NCBI GenBank assembly: GCA_030628445.1
Contig: DAOVQV010000001.1
Span: 1-36,229 of the forward strand
Direction of reading: 5' to 3'
DNA from: Phycisphaerae bacterium
Lineage (GTDB): Bacteria; Planctomycetota; Phycisphaerae; SM23-33
Length of the DNA stretch: 36,229 nt
Of the stretch, positions 34,401 through 36,229 are shown one piece after another. The position numbers and the translations under genes were made by a program. Under the pieces are notes generated by a model. It was given only the letters and a program-made list of their open reading frames with translations. It was not told the origin of the DNA and did no database searches. How positions within the stretch are numbered: position 1 is the stretch's first letter; each line of letters begins with the position of its first letter.

Positions 34401-35242
34401 TTACCCAGGATCGTCTGCATCTTGGCAGGATCGATATTCCCATCCAGGACCGCTTTATGGGCCTCCTGGTACTGGCTTTTGGCGGAGACGAACTTATCCA
34501 CCGCTTCGGAAAGCTCGGGGGTCAGCTTATCGCCCTGCCCGCCGCCGGCGTCGGCGGCCTTGGCGGCGATTTTGTCTTTGGTCTGCTCGGCGGCGATCAT
34601 CCGGTCGTAGGCGCCGGCGACGCCGGCGAGACGTTCGGCCTGATCGGGCGCTTTGGCGACCAGGCGGGCCAGTTCGGTCGCTCTGCCCTCACCGCTGGAG
34701 CGGCACAGGCGAATGATGTCGCTGCGGCGGATGTTGCTTCTGCCCAGCTCGTCCATGGCGCGGCGGAAGGAGTCCTTGGCGTTTTGGGTCTTCTCGCCGG
34801 CAGCGGGCATGCGGACCTCGATGCGGCTTTCGCCCAGCGGGTGCCATTCCAGCGAACGCAGACCCTCCGGGTCGATCCGGTCCTTCAGTATCCGGATGAT
34901 CCGGTTGATCAGATCGCCGCGGGCCTTGCTTTCGCCCTTCAGCACCTCCAGCTGCTCGGCGTCGCGGTCGATAACCTCCCTAAGCTGCTCGACCTTATCC
35001 GTCTGCCCGGCCGCTTCGGCTGCTTGCAGCTCGTCTCGGCGGTCCTTTAACGACTTGGTGAGCCGGTCGATCTCAGGTCTGTTGGTGCGGACCTCAAAGA
35101 CCAAACTGTGACCGCCGCGCAGGTCAATTCCCTGCTTCAGCCCGCCTCCGAAGAACAGAGACCCAAGACACACTGCAACCAACAAGGCGACGAACGAAAA
35201 CTTCAGCGGAAGGTTTTTTGCATTCATGTTCAGATCCAACAT
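31490..35242 (-). CDS. secDF: Fused protein translocase subunits SecD and SecF with expanded periplasmic domains
   Basis: The SecD N-terminus is [14 protein letters not shown]. The SecD TM bundle is [28 protein letters not shown]. The SecF start is GIEFSAGT (aa ~768). The SecF TM bundle is [13 protein letters not shown]...[18 protein letters not shown]. Both periplasmic heads carry large charged or coiled insertions. Confidence 0.93.
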   Translation of the reverse strand: [1250 protein letters not shown]

Positions 35243-35345
35243 ACCCCCCGTCGCACAGCGGCGCGGGGCTCTACCATGTTATGAGTTAACTCGTCCCGTC
35301 GGCCCGCGTTAGGATAGCGCGGACGCGCCCAAATAAGAACAGGGC

Positions 35346-35374
35346 ATTGTCGACGAGCTTAGCAGATCGGTCAA
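35346..35374 (-). promoter_or_regulatory. Candidate sigma70-type promoter for secDF
   Basis: On the minus strand: TTGACC (35374-35369), 17-nt spacer, GACAAT (35351-35346). It lies ~100 nt upstream of the secDF start and downstream of the repeat array. Confidence 0.35.
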
Positions 35375-35425
35375 GCAAAAGATCAGCGGCGCAAGGTCCG
35401 CCAAAGCACGCGCTAGGTCCACCAC

Positions 35426-35560
35426 AAGCCCACGGTAGCTACGTAAAAGCCCACGGTAACTATAAAAAAGCCCACGGTAACTGCGTAAAAGCCCACGGCA
35501 GGCCTGCCGTGGGCTTAAACAAGCGCGCCGTGGGCTTGAACAAAGCGCGCCGTGGGCTTT
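35426..35560. repeat. Phased array of seven copies of AGCCCACGG / CCGTGGGCT (4 direct + 3 inverted, 21-22 bp spacing)
   Basis: AGCCCACGG occurs at 35427, 35448, 35469 and 35490. CCGTGGGCT occurs at 35507, 35528 and 35550. The central perfect palindrome AAGCCCACGGCAGG/CCTGCCGTGGGCTT spans 35489-35516. Confidence 0.9.
35485..35516 (-). terminator. Likely intrinsic terminator of purH (central palindrome of the repeat array)
   Basis: On the minus strand a perfect 14-bp-arm palindrome can form a ~12-bp stem after loop opening. It is followed directly by UUUU (35488-35485). It lies ~107 nt after the purH stop. Confidence 0.6.
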
Positions 35561-35622
35561 CCATAACGTCACGAAAACCGCTTCGCCCGTGCACTTGTGT
35601 CTCGGCACGGCGCGTGTACCGA

Positions 35623-36229
35623 TTAATGATTAAAGTGCCTCGCCCCCGTGAAGATCATCGCCAAGTTCAGTTCATCCGCCCGGGCGATAACGTCGTCGTC
35701 CTTCTTTGACCCGCCGGGCTCGATCACGGCCGTGGCGCCGATATCCACCGCCCAGTCCAGCGAATCGGGGAACGGGAAAAACGCGTCCGACGCCAGAACG
35801 CAACCGGCCGGGTCCACCTCGTGCCCGCCGCCGTAGCCCCGAGCGATCTGCCCGGCCAGGCGAGCGGAGTTGACACGGCTCATCTGGCCCGCGCCGGCCC
35901 CCAGCAGCGCCCGGTCCTTCGCCAGCACGATCGCGTTCGACTTGACGTGCTTGCAGACCAACCAGGCGAAACGCATGTCGCAAAGCTCGCCTTCCGACGG
36001 TGCGCGTTTGGTTACAACCTTCCAGTCGCCCTCGTTGCAGCCCAAAAGGTCGCGGTCCTGGACCAACATCCCGCCGACCACGTACTTGAGGGCCTTCTCG
36101 CTGTTGCGCTGGGACGTTAATTCGCCGACCTCAAGGATCCGCACATCCTTACCCCACCCGTCCCGAGCCTTGATGAGCTCTATGGCGCCCTCGTCAAACC
36201 CGGGTGCGATGACCATCTCCGCGTAGAAC
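35623..36229 (-). CDS. purH: Bifunctional AICAR transformylase / IMP cyclohydrolase, C-terminal part (5' end beyond the window)
   Basis: The C-terminus ...IEPGGSKKDDDVIARADELNLAMIFTGARHFNH and upstream KSNAIVLAKD...GAGQMSRV...ASDAFFPF match the conserved AICARFT domain end of PurH. The frame is open to the window edge. Confidence 0.93.
   Translation of the reverse strand, partial: FYAEMVIAPGFDEGAIELIKARDGWGKDVRILEVGELTSQRNSEKALKYVVGGMLVQDRDLLGCNEGDWKVVTKRAPSEGELCDMRFAWLVCKHVKSNAIVLAKDRALLGAGAGQMSRVNSARLAGQIARGYGGGHEVDPAGCVLASDAFFPFPDSLDWAVDIGATAVIEPGGSKKDDDVIARADELNLAMIFTGARHFNH

Noticed and set aside
35426-35560. Possibility that the repeat array is a small CRISPR array.
   Set aside because: The repeat core is only 9-12 nt with ~10-nt 'spacers'. 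Copies switch orientation halfway, and no cas genes or leader are present. This is inconsistent with CRISPR architecture.
35309-35709. Two overlapping ORFs (99 aa minus, 120 aa plus) whose translations contain repeated KAHGNY / YRGLL units.
   Set aside because: The peptide repeats simply reflect translation of the 21-bp DNA repeat array. The region behaves as an intergenic terminator/regulatory spacer.

Overview
High-GC, densely coding bacterial chromosomal window. The gene content suggests a Planctomycetota-like organism: a HAF/PEP-CTERM protein, an exosortase operon, a 1250-aa fused SecDF, a 1497-aa TPR protein and weak Shine-Dalgarno usage. The plus-strand block (1-14.8 kb) holds the C-terminal part of a HAF-repeat PEP-CTERM protein and pheT. 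A ~590 bp lower-GC spacer follows, with a strong promoter, a rod-like fold and a terminator, which I read as a candidate small RNA. Next come a 1051-aa PlsA/Ger-like tandem-activase plus dehydratase-like fusion, a Gfo/Idh/MocA oxidoreductase and a secreted DUF4139-type protein. The block ends with an nfeD-nfeD-floA-small membrane protein operon closed by a clear terminator, and a fused AhbA/AhbB (NirDL)-type siroheme-decarboxylase-like gene. The minus-strand block (14.8-36.2 kb) starts with a tightly packed four-gene operon: a PlsR-like protein, a Tes/GDGT-MAS-like radical SAM enzyme, a lipoprotein and a NirJ/AhbC/AhbD-family radical SAM/SPASM enzyme. It continues with tRNA-Thr(UGU) and a five-gene exosortase/EPS-export operon (Wza-like, exosortase, EpsI-like, giant TPR, Wzc-like BY-kinase). 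It ends with secDF, a phased 21-bp repeat array and the 3' end of purH. The most interesting hypothesis is a candidate bacterial ether / membrane-spanning lipid module: a PlsR-like gene translationally coupled to a Tes-type radical SAM, with a PlsA/Ger-like gene 12.5 kb away. Secondary observations are the phased inverted/direct repeat array between purH and secDF, a canonical EF-hand in the periplasmic domain of SecF, a Lys-to-Arg P-loop in the Wzc-like kinase, and a candidate ~175-nt sRNA. All family assignments rest on motif recognition by eye. No database search was run.
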